From the NCBI GenBank assembly GCA_037969585.1, contig JBBKXR010000163.1, positions 17,553 through 81,552 on the forward strand: a DNA stretch of 64,000 nucleotides, given 5' to 3'. Under the pieces are notes generated by a model. That model was given only the letters and a program-made list of their open reading frames with translations. It made no database searches and had not been told where the DNA came from. This stretch comes from Verrucomicrobiales bacterium. GTDB taxonomy: Bacteria; Verrucomicrobiota; Verrucomicrobiia; Verrucomicrobiales; DEV007. The stretch's first letter is position 1; each line of letters begins with the position of its first letter. The position numbers and the translations under genes were made by a program. Below are positions 9,275 through 18,162 of this stretch, one piece after another.

Positions 9275-10444
9275 CTAGGCGTCAGCGGCAGGCAACCCCA
9301 ACGCTTCGCGAAGCACGGGTTCCATCGCGTCAGCCTGACGCATAAATCCGAGGTCGTTGGGGTGGGAGCCATCGGTGGTGGCTTCGTCGTCGTTGCCAAG
9401 CAGGTCATCTCCGGAGACGTAGTAAAGATTGCGAGCTCCGCCTTTGATCAGTTCGTCGTAGGCGCGGACGAGAGCGGCGCGACTGTCGCGATGGCGTTCG
9501 CGTGACGATTCCTTGATCCAGGCGCTGGCGTAGGTGCGATCTTCGACCAGCACGATCGGGGTGTCAGGGCGCAGTGCGCGCAGCAGTCGAACCAGCGGCT
9601 CGGTGTTGGCGGCGACAACATCGGCGGTGATATTTGGCAGGCAGTCGATGACGTAGACGGAGGCGTCGATCTCTGCGAGCAGGGCGGCGACTTCGAGTTC
9701 CATTTTGCCGTTGCCGGAGAAACCGAGGTTGATAGTCGGTTTACCGAGGCGCCTTTCAAGGATCGCTGGATGGGGCATGCCGGGACGTGAGGCGCAGGCT
9801 CCGTGAGTAATCGAGGTGCCGTAATAGACTATCGGCTTGTCGGGGCGCGGGCCGACACCTTCGAAATAGCTACCACGCGGCACGCCGAATTCGAGTTTGC
9901 TGACGCCGTTGTAGAGGGGCAGGTAGGCGGTGAAGCGGCGCTTGCCGGGATCAATGCCGTTGACCAAGGGGCCGTTCTGTTCAGCTCCTCCCTTCGGTTG
10001 AAACACGGCTACCCATCGGGGGTGGCCTTCTTCATCATGGGCGTAAAGGTCGATGCCGCTGACGCCGGTGGCGGGCATGTGTGCCATCGCGAGATTTGCG
10101 CTGAGCAAACTGTAACGGACGCTGATGGCGGTGGCGTCGGTGTCAAAATGCGTCAGCATCCCTGCGCTGTGACGGCTCAGGTTCCAGACCACATCGCGCA
10201 CCACGCCTTCGGCCTTGGCGGGCAGCCGGTCATAATAGTGGGCCATAACTTTTGTCGACCAACCGCGACCTTCGATGCCCCAGTCTTCCACGTCATGCCA
10301 GTCGAGGCCGTCGTCTTTTTCCTTGTCGGGAGATTCCGGCTTGGATGACGGTTGGCCACTTGCGGAGTTGATACCGAAAAGAGTGGTGGCGGCGGCCAGC
10401 GGTAGAGTGCGCTGGCAGAAACGACGACGAGTTAGGCTGGCCAT
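9275..10444 (-). CDS. Exported SGNH/GDSL-type esterase with GxDLY N-terminal domain
   Basis: Twin-arginine-like leader MASLTRRRFCQRTLPLAAATTLFG, N-domain motif GVSGIDLYAHD and the catalytic block YYGTSITHGACAS (GxS of SGNH) are present. Confidence 0.8.
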   Translation of the reverse strand: MASLTRRRFCQRTLPLAAATTLFGINSASGQPSSKPESPDKEKDDGLDWHDVEDWGIEGRGWSTKVMAHYYDRLPAKAEGVVRDVVWNLSRHSAGMLTHFDTDATAISVRYSLLSANLAMAHMPATGVSGIDLYAHDEEGHPRWVAVFQPKGGAEQNGPLVNGIDPGKRRFTAYLPLYNGVSKLEFGVPRGSYFEGVGPRPDKPIVYYGTSITHGACASRPGMPHPAILERRLGKPTINLGFSGNGKMELEVAALLAEIDASVYVIDCLPNITADVVAANTEPLVRLLRALRPDTPIVLVEDRTYASAWIKESSRERHRDSRAALVRAYDELIKGGARNLYYVSGDDLLGNDDEATTDGSHPNDLGFMRQADAMEPVLREALGLPAADA

Positions 10445-10585
10445 GGCTCAGGTTGGGGTGCGAATTCGCGAAATGGACGAGGCGCCGGGATCTTGCCGGT
10501 GTGTTCTCCGTTAGCAGAACAAATGCCCGCCGCAATGGCAATCCGAGACTTTCCTCGCCAGTCCGAGTTGTGCTATTCTTATAAC

Positions 10586-11749
10586 ATGACGAAAAATGCT
10601 CTGGTTCTTTTATTTCGGATCGTCTTGGTTTTCGCAATCGGGAGCATCAGTCAGCCGGGACCAGTCGCGGCTGCAACGGAGGGCTCGTTGGCTGATCGCC
10701 TGCAAATGGCCACGGTTGAAAGCATCGAATTCAACGATGTCACATTGGAAGCTGGGCTCAAGTATCTGAGCGCCAAGTCTGGAGGGACGCCGTTCCTGAT
10801 TGTCGGCGAAGGTGGCGAGCAGGGGTTGGGGGCAAAGTCGGTGACGATGTCGATGCGTGGCGTTTCTGCCGAAACGGTGCTGCAATATCTTTGTCGCCTC
10901 AGCAACTGCACTTACCGGGCGGAACGCCACGCGGTGCTGGTCGGATCGATCGCTGATCTTCGCTCGATAGATCAACTGCGCCGCTCGAATCCGCCTCAAA
11001 AGGCGGGTAGCCCAGCGCTTTCGGGATTGCAAAGCACACCGTTGAGTTCGTTTGATCTACAGCAGACGCCGATCTCCGATGTGCTGGCGCTGCTGCGTCA
11101 GAAATCTGGTGATGCTCATGCCGGCAAGGCGACCAATATTGTCATTCTGGAGGATCGCGACGATCCCAAGGTCAAGCCGGCGGCAACTCGGACGGTGACC
11201 ATGAAGCTGGGAGCGGTCTCGGCACTGACCGCGCTGCAATATGCGACGGAGCTGAGCGGACTCGGCTTCCGGGTAGACAATAACGCAATCGTTGTCGGTA
11301 CGCCCGAACGGGTTGCCTTCGAACCGGGAAATAAGATTCCGAAAAATTCGCCGATACTCAAATTTCTCAGTGCAACCCGCATTGAGAAAGTGAGCTTCAC
11401 TGAGGTCGGTATGAAGGATGCTATTGAGGCTGTGCGATATTACAGCGGTCAGTCATCGTCTGCTACCGGCGGGCTGAACGTCATCGATGCGGTCGGTGAG
11501 TCCGATGCACAGATCGATCTGCAGCTCGAAAATGTTTCGCTGGCTGACTTGGTGCGTTATGTCACGGCGCAGTCCGGAACGCAGGTTACCACACGGGGTA
11601 TGACGCTGATTTTTGAACCCGATCCGGCCGCCGTCGAGCGTGCCAAAAATGTCGGCGGTGGCGGGGTTGGCTCTGCTGCGGAAAAAACTGATCAAACCTC
11701 GAACACGCCCCCTCCTGGAGCAGACGAGGGTCTGCGCTTCGACAAGTGA
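10586..11749 (+). CDS. Exported protein with three tandem STN-like (secretin/TonB N-terminal-type) modules; function unknown
   Basis: ORF 10493..11749. ATG 10586 gives the signal peptide MTKNALVLLFRIVLVFAIGSISQPGPVAAA. An internal triplication is visible in the translation (see findings). The C-terminal tail is Gly/Pro-rich. Confidence 0.75.
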   Translation: MTKNALVLLFRIVLVFAIGSISQPGPVAAATEGSLADRLQMATVESIEFNDVTLEAGLKYLSAKSGGTPFLIVGEGGEQGLGAKSVTMSMRGVSAETVLQYLCRLSNCTYRAERHAVLVGSIADLRSIDQLRRSNPPQKAGSPALSGLQSTPLSSFDLQQTPISDVLALLRQKSGDAHAGKATNIVILEDRDDPKVKPAATRTVTMKLGAVSALTALQYATELSGLGFRVDNNAIVVGTPERVAFEPGNKIPKNSPILKFLSATRIEKVSFTEVGMKDAIEAVRYYSGQSSSATGGLNVIDAVGESDAQIDLQLENVSLADLVRYVTAQSGTQVTTRGMTLIFEPDPAAVERAKNVGGGGVGSAAEKTDQTSNTPPPGADEGLRFDK

Positions 11750-11814
11750 CGACCGGCAGGCGAGCAGGTGGCAGGGCATTGCATTTCGCGGCGGATGCCG
11801 CTTGTTCTACAACG

Positions 11815-12711
11815 ATGATGGTTCACACGATTGATTTGATGTTTCAGGGCGCGCCGCAAGCGATTGCGGCGTTTTTGATCGAAGGACCGGACGGACTGGC
11901 ACTGGTTGAAACCGGCCCCGAATCGACGCTTGAGACGCTGGTTGCAGGGATAGAGACGGCAGGTTTCGCAGCCAGTGATGTCGCCGATGTGCTGGTGACG
12001 CACATCCATCTTGATCACGCTGGCGCGGCGGGGTGGTGGGCTGCCAATCATGGTTCCCGGGTTCACGTTCATCCCCGGGGGGCGCGTCATTTGATCGACC
12101 CGTCGCGATTGATGGAGAGTGCGACGACGGTTTACGGCGACCGTATGAAAACGTTGTGGGGCGGCATGACGCCTGCTCCGGAGGAAAAAGTTCACGCTGT
12201 CGATGACGGCGGAATCGTTTCCGCTGCAGGATTGCAATTTGAAGCGCTCGACACGCCCGGGCACGCGCGCCATCATCACGTCTGGACGGTGAATGGCGAG
12301 GCGTTCGCCGGCGACGTGGCAGGTGCGCGGCTGCCCGGATGGGATTTTTTGTCGGTGACCAGTGCGCCGCCGCAGTTTGATCTGGAGGCCTACGAGGCAT
12401 CGATCGATCGCCTGTTGGCGCGGAATTTTGAAAAGCTGCACCTCACGCATTTTGGAACGGTAGTGGACGTTGGCGAGCATCTTGAGGCCTATCGTCATGA
12501 GGTTCGTTCGTCTGCCGAGTTTGTACGCGACCGCCTCAACGAGGGCATGGACGGTGATTCGCTGCAGGTGGCGTATCACGCGTGGAACCTGGAGCGCGCA
12601 TTTATCGCTGAACTGCCGAACGAGGTTTGGCGTCAGTACGATCTCGCCAATCCCGCTCCGATGTGCGCAGACGGCTTACGTTTGTATTGGGAAAAACATG
12701 CTAACCGTTAA
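11815..12711 (+). CDS. MBL-fold metallo-hydrolase
   Basis: The HxHxDH motif is present in LVTHIHLDHAGAAGWW, with a later TPGHARHH. No signal peptide. Start at ATG 11815 (MMVHTIDL...). Confidence 0.85.
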   Translation: MMVHTIDLMFQGAPQAIAAFLIEGPDGLALVETGPESTLETLVAGIETAGFAASDVADVLVTHIHLDHAGAAGWWAANHGSRVHVHPRGARHLIDPSRLMESATTVYGDRMKTLWGGMTPAPEEKVHAVDDGGIVSAAGLQFEALDTPGHARHHHVWTVNGEAFAGDVAGARLPGWDFLSVTSAPPQFDLEAYEASIDRLLARNFEKLHLTHFGTVVDVGEHLEAYRHEVRSSAEFVRDRLNEGMDGDSLQVAYHAWNLERAFIAELPNEVWRQYDLANPAPMCADGLRLYWEKHANR

Positions 12712-12769
12712 GTTTCGCGAAATGAAAACCGCTCGACGCGGGCCTCTTGAGACGGCATCTATTGGGACA

Positions 12770-13516
12770 ATGAAAGGAATCGTAAAAACGCTGACTCCGC
12801 TGATTTTTGGCATCGCACTGGTGACACTCTGCTCTGTCGACCACGTCAGTGCTCAAGACGCTGCTGCACCAGAGTCTTCCGCCAAGCCTCAGGAAATCGC
12901 GCAACTGCCCTATCAGGCGCTGGTTGGCATTGCTCGCAACAATGCGGATCGTCCCAAGGATGGCGAAAAAATGATGCTGAGAATTTCCAGCAGCGAAGAA
13001 GTTGCTGTCGAAGAGATCAAGTTAACTATCATGCAAGTGGAGGGTGAACTGCCGATTAAGATCGATGAAAACGGCGATTTCGAAGTGCCGTTTTCCGATG
13101 CGCTATACGATGAGAATCCAATGGTCGTCTCCAATCAACCCAAGGGAACGATGAATCTCAAAGTGATGATCGACCTCAAAGAAGTGCGTCCCAAGGTTGT
13201 CGACGGCAAGGTGAAGTATCGCGATCTGTTCAGCCAGTTGCTCGAGTTGCAGACTAAAATGCGCGGACTCGATCCGAACTTCGGTACTCCTGGATACGAG
13301 ACTCTGGCGATACAGGTCGTCACCGGCGGCGAGCCGGTGGTCATCCTGCGCAAGCTCGGTTCTCGCGAGATCGCTGCCGACGAAGCGAAAACAGTCTGGA
13401 TGGTCTACGATCTGTTGCTTTTTGAAGAAAACCCCGACGTGAAAATTCCCGAAAAGGCGGAGGTCAGCATCAAACCTGTTGATGCTCGAACCGCGGTCGA
13501 GATTCGCGCCAATTGA
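12770..13516 (+). CDS. Exported hypothetical protein
   Basis: ORF 12470..13516. The upstream part overlaps the MBL gene. ATG 12770 gives the signal peptide MKGIVKTLTPLIFGIALVTLCSVDHVSAQ. No motif recognised. Confidence 0.65.
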   Translation: MKGIVKTLTPLIFGIALVTLCSVDHVSAQDAAAPESSAKPQEIAQLPYQALVGIARNNADRPKDGEKMMLRISSSEEVAVEEIKLTIMQVEGELPIKIDENGDFEVPFSDALYDENPMVVSNQPKGTMNLKVMIDLKEVRPKVVDGKVKYRDLFSQLLELQTKMRGLDPNFGTPGYETLAIQVVTGGEPVVILRKLGSREIAADEAKTVWMVYDLLLFEENPDVKIPEKAEVSIKPVDARTAVEIRAN

Positions 13517-13523
13517 TTCGATC

Positions 13524-14375
13524 ATGATAAGACCTACCCCCAGCCGACGCTTTACGATAATTCGTGCAACACTTGCCGTTGCGTGCCTGTGTGCGCCGAC
13601 ACTTCCCTTGTTCGCCGATATCGAACTGACGTTCGGTCAGTTACAGGAGGACGATAAAAGTGTCTCTACGCAGCGTATACGCATCAAGGGCGATCGGCTG
13701 TCGATCGATGGTGGCACGGACGAACCGTACATGATTTACTATGGTCGATACCAGCGGGCATACGTCATCGATCACGAGAAAAAGCAGTACTTCTCACTCG
13801 ACCTCGACAAAGTCACTCAGATTGTCGACAACCTCGCGGCCTCGCGTTTGCAAGCGCTCGCGGACATGGAAATAAAGTTGAAAACGCTACCCGAAGCGCA
13901 GCGGCCTCAGTTTAAAACAATGCTCGAAAAGTTGCGCGAAGAAACCGTGCAGATGGAAATCGCACCCGAGCGCAAAGCCGATTTCAAACCGACCGGCGAG
14001 AAGGTAGAACTCGGTGGCCACGAGACGGAAGTCGTCGAAAGCTTCGCACTTGGGAAAAAGACCGCTACCTACTATGTTGTGCCTCGGGATGCGCTTGAGA
14101 TTTCAGATGCCGATTACGAGGTCATTAAAAAATATGCGGCCTTCCTCGATTCGGTGCGGACCCGGCTACCGCCCAATCTGCGCGCCCACTTCGGTGACAT
14201 GGAGATTCTCGCCGGACCCGACGAAAAGATGCCGCTGAAGGTTGAGGTCGAAGCCCTGAACAATCGCCCCGAAGTGTTGCTCAACGCATCCACGGACGAG
14301 ATCGAATCCAAAGTCATGAACGTTCCGCCGTCTTATGCAGCGCAGAGCTTGCCCGATGTTGAGGCGCCGAAATAA
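13524..14375 (+). CDS. Exported hypothetical protein (possibly DUF4412/LolA-like fold, tentative)
   Basis: ATG 13524 lies 7 nt after the previous stop. Signal peptide MIRPTPSRRFTIIRATLAVACLCAPTLPLFA. Beta-rich N-terminal half, helical middle section and acidic tail. Confidence 0.65.
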   Translation: MIRPTPSRRFTIIRATLAVACLCAPTLPLFADIELTFGQLQEDDKSVSTQRIRIKGDRLSIDGGTDEPYMIYYGRYQRAYVIDHEKKQYFSLDLDKVTQIVDNLAASRLQALADMEIKLKTLPEAQRPQFKTMLEKLREETVQMEIAPERKADFKPTGEKVELGGHETEVVESFALGKKTATYYVVPRDALEISDADYEVIKKYAAFLDSVRTRLPPNLRAHFGDMEILAGPDEKMPLKVEVEALNNRPEVLLNASTDEIESKVMNVPPSYAAQSLPDVEAPK

Positions 14376-15516
14376 GTACGCTCGCTACTGCTACTCGATT
14401 GTATTTTCAGTAGCGATCGCCGTCACCTGTCTATCGCTGTCCGCGGCAGATTGGTATGTGCATGCGGATGCTTCGGTTGGCGACAATGGCAACGAGGGCT
14501 CGAAGGATGCGCCGCTTGCGACTTTGCAGCGAGCAGTGACTTTGGCGACAGCGGGGGACACGATCCATTTGCTGCCGGAAGGCGCGCTTTTTCGCCAAAC
14601 CGTATTGCTCAACACCGGTGACGATCAGCTGACGATCGAGGGTAACGGTTGCACGTTGAGCGGTGCCGATCTGATATCGGCGGAAGGCTGGCAGCCTGCT
14701 GGGGAAGGGTTATGGAAGCGGCGCGTCAGCATTCCGCTTTGGGATCGGCATTTGCTGATCGTCGATGGTCGCGCGGAACCAATGGGCCGGACTCCTTCGA
14801 CGCCGAAGACGGATCCGTTCCCCGCGGCTGGACAACTGCAGGCGGGGCAGTTCCGCTTTGATTACATCGACGGCGATGAAAAAGAAGGCTGGCTGACGGT
14901 GCGTGCCGATCCGGCCAGGCATGTGCTCGAATGGGGAACGCGTCCGAATGGGGTGGCGACGGGCGGCAAAATTCGTGGCGGCACAGTGCGCAATCTCAAT
15001 GCTCGGCATTGCCTGAATGACGGCTTCAATATTCACGGCGATGCCCGTGAGATGGTGTTCGAAAAAATTTCCGGCTACGACAATTTCGACGAGGGCTTCA
15101 GTGCTCATGATACTTGCGAGTGTGTGATTCGTGACAGCCAGTTTCTGCGTGGCGACCACTCGATCGCCGACGTGAATAGCGCTGAGACTCACTACGAGCG
15201 CTGTCTCTTTGGTGGCGCGATCAACTGCAATGTGCTGTTTCAAGGCGGCGTACATTCACTGATCGATTGCGTGATCGAGGTGGGCGGCACCGAAACCGCG
15301 CTGTCGATTTCGACCAGTGGTGGTGCCGAGCCATCTCCGGTGGCCAAACTGCGTATCGACGGGCTCGAGATTCGGATAGCCGAGGGGCGCACTGCTGACT
15401 CCGGCGGCAATGTCATGCTCGGCGGGGGGACGGCGACGACCTTAGTCGGATCGCAAGTGCTCGATGCGCCGGGTGGGGTTCACCTTAGTCCGACTGCGAA
15501 GGTGGTAAACGACTAG
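14356..15516 (+). CDS. Exported right-handed beta-helix (pectate-lyase-fold) repeat protein
   Basis: Signal peptide MLRRRNKYARYCYSIVFSVAIAVTCLSLSAA, then DWYVHADASVGDNGNEGSKDAPLATLQRAVTLATAGDTIHL, the typical N-terminal cap of DUF1565/beta-helix proteins. Repeated short Gly/Asn/Asp-rich turns follow. Overlaps the previous gene by 20 nt. Confidence 0.75.
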   Translation: MLRRRNKYARYCYSIVFSVAIAVTCLSLSAADWYVHADASVGDNGNEGSKDAPLATLQRAVTLATAGDTIHLLPEGALFRQTVLLNTGDDQLTIEGNGCTLSGADLISAEGWQPAGEGLWKRRVSIPLWDRHLLIVDGRAEPMGRTPSTPKTDPFPAAGQLQAGQFRFDYIDGDEKEGWLTVRADPARHVLEWGTRPNGVATGGKIRGGTVRNLNARHCLNDGFNIHGDAREMVFEKISGYDNFDEGFSAHDTCECVIRDSQFLRGDHSIADVNSAETHYERCLFGGAINCNVLFQGGVHSLIDCVIEVGGTETALSISTSGGAEPSPVAKLRIDGLEIRIAEGRTADSGGNVMLGGGTATTLVGSQVLDAPGGVHLSPTAKVVND

Positions 15517-15851
15517 CGCTCGATGGGGCGTTTGTCGCCTTTGTCATCGACGTTGACCAGACTGACGTCGGTCGAAAAAATCGTTTCGTTCTCGCGCTTT
15601 ACGATGACCGAGTAGGTCACCGAAGTGTTGCCGGTGCGGATACAATTGGTCTCAAATCGCAGGATGCTGCCTTGGCGGACGCTGACTTTGAACTCGACCT
15701 TGTCCATGCCTACGGTGACGAACAGGCAGTCGGGATGCTCCAGTGTTGCCGCGATCCACGCAATCTCGTCAACCCACATCAGCAGGTAGCCGCCGAACAG
15801 AAAGCCGTAGTGGTTGAGGTGTTCGGGCAGGACGAGTTTGTGGTTTTCCAT
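15513..15851 (-). CDS. Acyl-CoA thioesterase (hotdog fold, YciA-like)
   Basis: MENHKLVLPEHLNHYGFLFGGYLLMWVDEIAWIAA matches the hotdog thioesterase N-terminal helix region. Start at ATG 15851, not the ORF-track start 15968. Confidence 0.8.
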   Translation of the reverse strand: MENHKLVLPEHLNHYGFLFGGYLLMWVDEIAWIAATLEHPDCLFVTVGMDKVEFKVSVRQGSILRFETNCIRTGNTSVTYSVIVKRENETIFSTDVSLVNVDDKGDKRPIER

Positions 15852-15977
15852 GGTGGTCGGAACGGATTCGAAACAATCGTCGCGTTGCTGGCAACAATTT
15901 TGAATGTATCTTAAGCATTCTTCGTCGAAATGACGAGCGCACCCTGCGCGCACCCACCGCCTGCCCATCCATTTGCT

Positions 15978-16736
15978 ATGAAATCGTGTTTCTCACTGCC
16001 ATTCGCTTCCGCCGCGAAGTTGCTTGCCTTAATTCTGCTCTTTTCAGTCGCGGTGCCGTCGGTCCAGACTCGGGCGCAGGATAGTCCGTTTGAGGGCAAG
16101 TCTCTCGATACCTTGACGGCGAACGATATTCTGAAGTTGGTTCGCTACAGCTACACCCTATTTGACCAGACCTTCGAAGGTCGACTCCGCCGCGGCTTCA
16201 AAAAGACGCCGTTTGAGCTTTCGTTGGAGCCAAATCACGTGCGCTTTCGCTTTTCCGATCCTTCGCAGATAATTCATCTGAGCGTGACCGGCGACAAAGC
16301 TTACTTGAAAGAAGTTGTCAAAGGTAGCGACGCACCGATCGCTGACAGCCGTTACAACGAAGTGATTCGCGACACGGATGTGACCTTCGAGGACTTGGCG
16401 ATGCGTTTTCTTTACTGGCCGAATCCAGTGATTCATCAGCAGAGTGACGAAGTTAAAGGCCGCGATTGCTGGTGGGTGCGGGTGCGTAATCCCGATGGTG
16501 TTGGCAGCTACGCGACCGTCGACATCTGGGTCGACAAGGCCAGTGGCGGGCTGTTGAAGATGATTGGCTACAACGCTCAGGGCGGAGCGATCAAGCGCTT
16601 CACTGTGGTCGGCGGGAAGAAGATCAAGGACGTGTGGATGGTCGACGAGATGCGCATCGAAAAGCTCGAGCCGACATCGGATGGGGCAAAGACGCTCAGC
16701 AAGACTTACCTCGAGATCCTGGGCGCTGCGGAGTAG
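15978..16736 (+). CDS. Outer-membrane lipoprotein-sorting (LolA-like) family protein
   Basis: Signal peptide MKSCFSLPFASAAKLLALILLFSVAVPSVQTRAQ. The body (ILKLVRYSY..., CWWVRV..., ATVDIWVDKASG, KDVWMVDEMRI) resembles LolA-like outer membrane lipoprotein-sorting proteins. Confidence 0.65.
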   Translation: MKSCFSLPFASAAKLLALILLFSVAVPSVQTRAQDSPFEGKSLDTLTANDILKLVRYSYTLFDQTFEGRLRRGFKKTPFELSLEPNHVRFRFSDPSQIIHLSVTGDKAYLKEVVKGSDAPIADSRYNEVIRDTDVTFEDLAMRFLYWPNPVIHQQSDEVKGRDCWWVRVRNPDGVGSYATVDIWVDKASGGLLKMIGYNAQGGAIKRFTVVGGKKIKDVWMVDEMRIEKLEPTSDGAKTLSKTYLEILGAAE

Positions 16737-16769
16737 GGGCCACGGGGGCCAAGCCCCTGCCGGTGGATA

Positions 16770-18104
16770 TCAGGTTGTCGGCTGACGATTTTTCAACCAC
16801 TGCAGCGCTTCGTCGCGGGTGGTGAGTTCGCCTTCGAGTTGCAGATCCTGGATTTCTTTGAGAATCTCGCCGAGCTGGGGTCCGGGTTCCCAGCCGCAGT
16901 CGATCAAGTCGCGACCGTCGAGAAGGCGTTCGGGAATGAGCGGTTCGGCGGCAAACTGTTCAGTTTTTTCGCGGAGGAAATCGTAGTTGTCGAGCAGGCC
17001 GTTGCTGCTGCTGCAATCGACACGGTGCAGTTCGAGTTCGTCGTCGAAAGTGGGTCGAGCCATGAAACGTTTTAGTTTTGAGATGCGCATCTTCTGCACG
17101 TCCTTGAATTGCATGTGGCGTTCGACGCCGCCTGTGACGGCTTCGATCGTGTCGTTGCTGTAGCGTAGTCGACGCAGGATACCTTCGGTCATTTCGGCGC
17201 CGAGTTTATCGTGGCCGTTGAAGCGGATTCGGTCTTCGGCAGCGTCGTAGGTGTAGGTCGCGGGTTTGGCGATGTCGTGAAATAACACGCTCAGCACCAG
17301 CGGCAACGATGCGTCGTCGGGAAGCAGGCCGAGCATGATGCGGGTGTGCACAAAGACATCCCCTTCGGGATGCCACTGGGGTGGTTGCTCACAGCCCTGG
17401 AGGTCGAGGATTTCGGGTAGGATCGACTGCATCAGGCCGCTGTCGACGAGCAGGTCGAAGCCGCGCACGCGACGCTGCGACGGTGAGGTCCAGATCTTGT
17501 CGAGTTCGTCGCGGATGCGCTCGGGGCTGATTTTAGAAATATTGGCGGCTTCGGCTTGAATGGCGGCCCATGTCTCGGCTTCGATTTCGAATTCGAAGCG
17601 GCTGGCAAAGCGGATCGCGCGCAGCAGGCGCAAGTAGTCTTCGTGAAAGCGTTGCGCCGGAACGCCGATGGCTCGGATCAGGCGGGCGTCGAGATCAGCG
17701 CGTCCACCAACGTAGTCGCGGATCTCATCGCTGATCGGATCGAGGAACATTCCGTTTATCGAAAAATCACGACGATGGGCGTCTTCTTCTGCCGTGGCGA
17801 ACTCGACGCTCTCGGGGCGGCGACCGTCGCGATAGTCGCCGTCGGTGCGAAAGGTGGCGATTTCCAACGAGTGACCCTGATGACGAACCAGAATGACGCC
17901 GAAGTGGGCGCCGACGGTATTGCCGCCGGGAAACACTTTCAAAACTTCGTCAGGGTGCGCCGAGGTGGCGATGTCGTAGTCCTTTGGCTTTTGTTCGAGC
18001 AGCATGTCTCGTACGCAGCCGCCGGCGAACAGCGCTTCGTGACCGGCGTCGGAGAGACGTCGGACGATCGCTTCGGCTGCGGCGCGCATGGAGAGCTGGG
18101 GCAT
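16770..18104 (-). CDS. cca: CCA tRNA nucleotidyltransferase (class II, with HD domain)
   Basis: ALFAGGCVRDMLL and DYDIATSA (polymerase-beta NTase head) plus the HD-domain motif LFHDIAKP are present. A poly(A) polymerase assignment cannot be formally excluded from sequence alone. Confidence 0.85.
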   Translation of the reverse strand: MPQLSMRAAAEAIVRRLSDAGHEALFAGGCVRDMLLEQKPKDYDIATSAHPDEVLKVFPGGNTVGAHFGVILVRHQGHSLEIATFRTDGDYRDGRRPESVEFATAEEDAHRRDFSINGMFLDPISDEIRDYVGGRADLDARLIRAIGVPAQRFHEDYLRLLRAIRFASRFEFEIEAETWAAIQAEAANISKISPERIRDELDKIWTSPSQRRVRGFDLLVDSGLMQSILPEILDLQGCEQPPQWHPEGDVFVHTRIMLGLLPDDASLPLVLSVLFHDIAKPATYTYDAAEDRIRFNGHDKLGAEMTEGILRRLRYSNDTIEAVTGGVERHMQFKDVQKMRISKLKRFMARPTFDDELELHRVDCSSSNGLLDNYDFLREKTEQFAAEPLIPERLLDGRDLIDCGWEPGPQLGEILKEIQDLQLEGELTTRDEALQWLKNRQPTT

Positions 18105-18162
18105 TAGTAAGGAGAGAGGAGATTCGGGTGGGGAAGGGGGGAATATTCAGATTGGCCTCGTG

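Noticed and set aside
11692-12579. 295-aa minus-strand ORF opposite the MBL hydrolase gene
   Set aside because: It is extremely Arg-rich and overlaps a gene with a clear HxHxDH motif on the plus strand. Rejected as non-coding.
16745-16757. Short GGGGC-caa-GCCCC hairpin between the convergent LolA-like and cca genes, considered as a bidirectional terminator
   Set aside because: It has only a 5-bp stem with a 3-nt loop and no U/A tracts on either side. Too weak to call.
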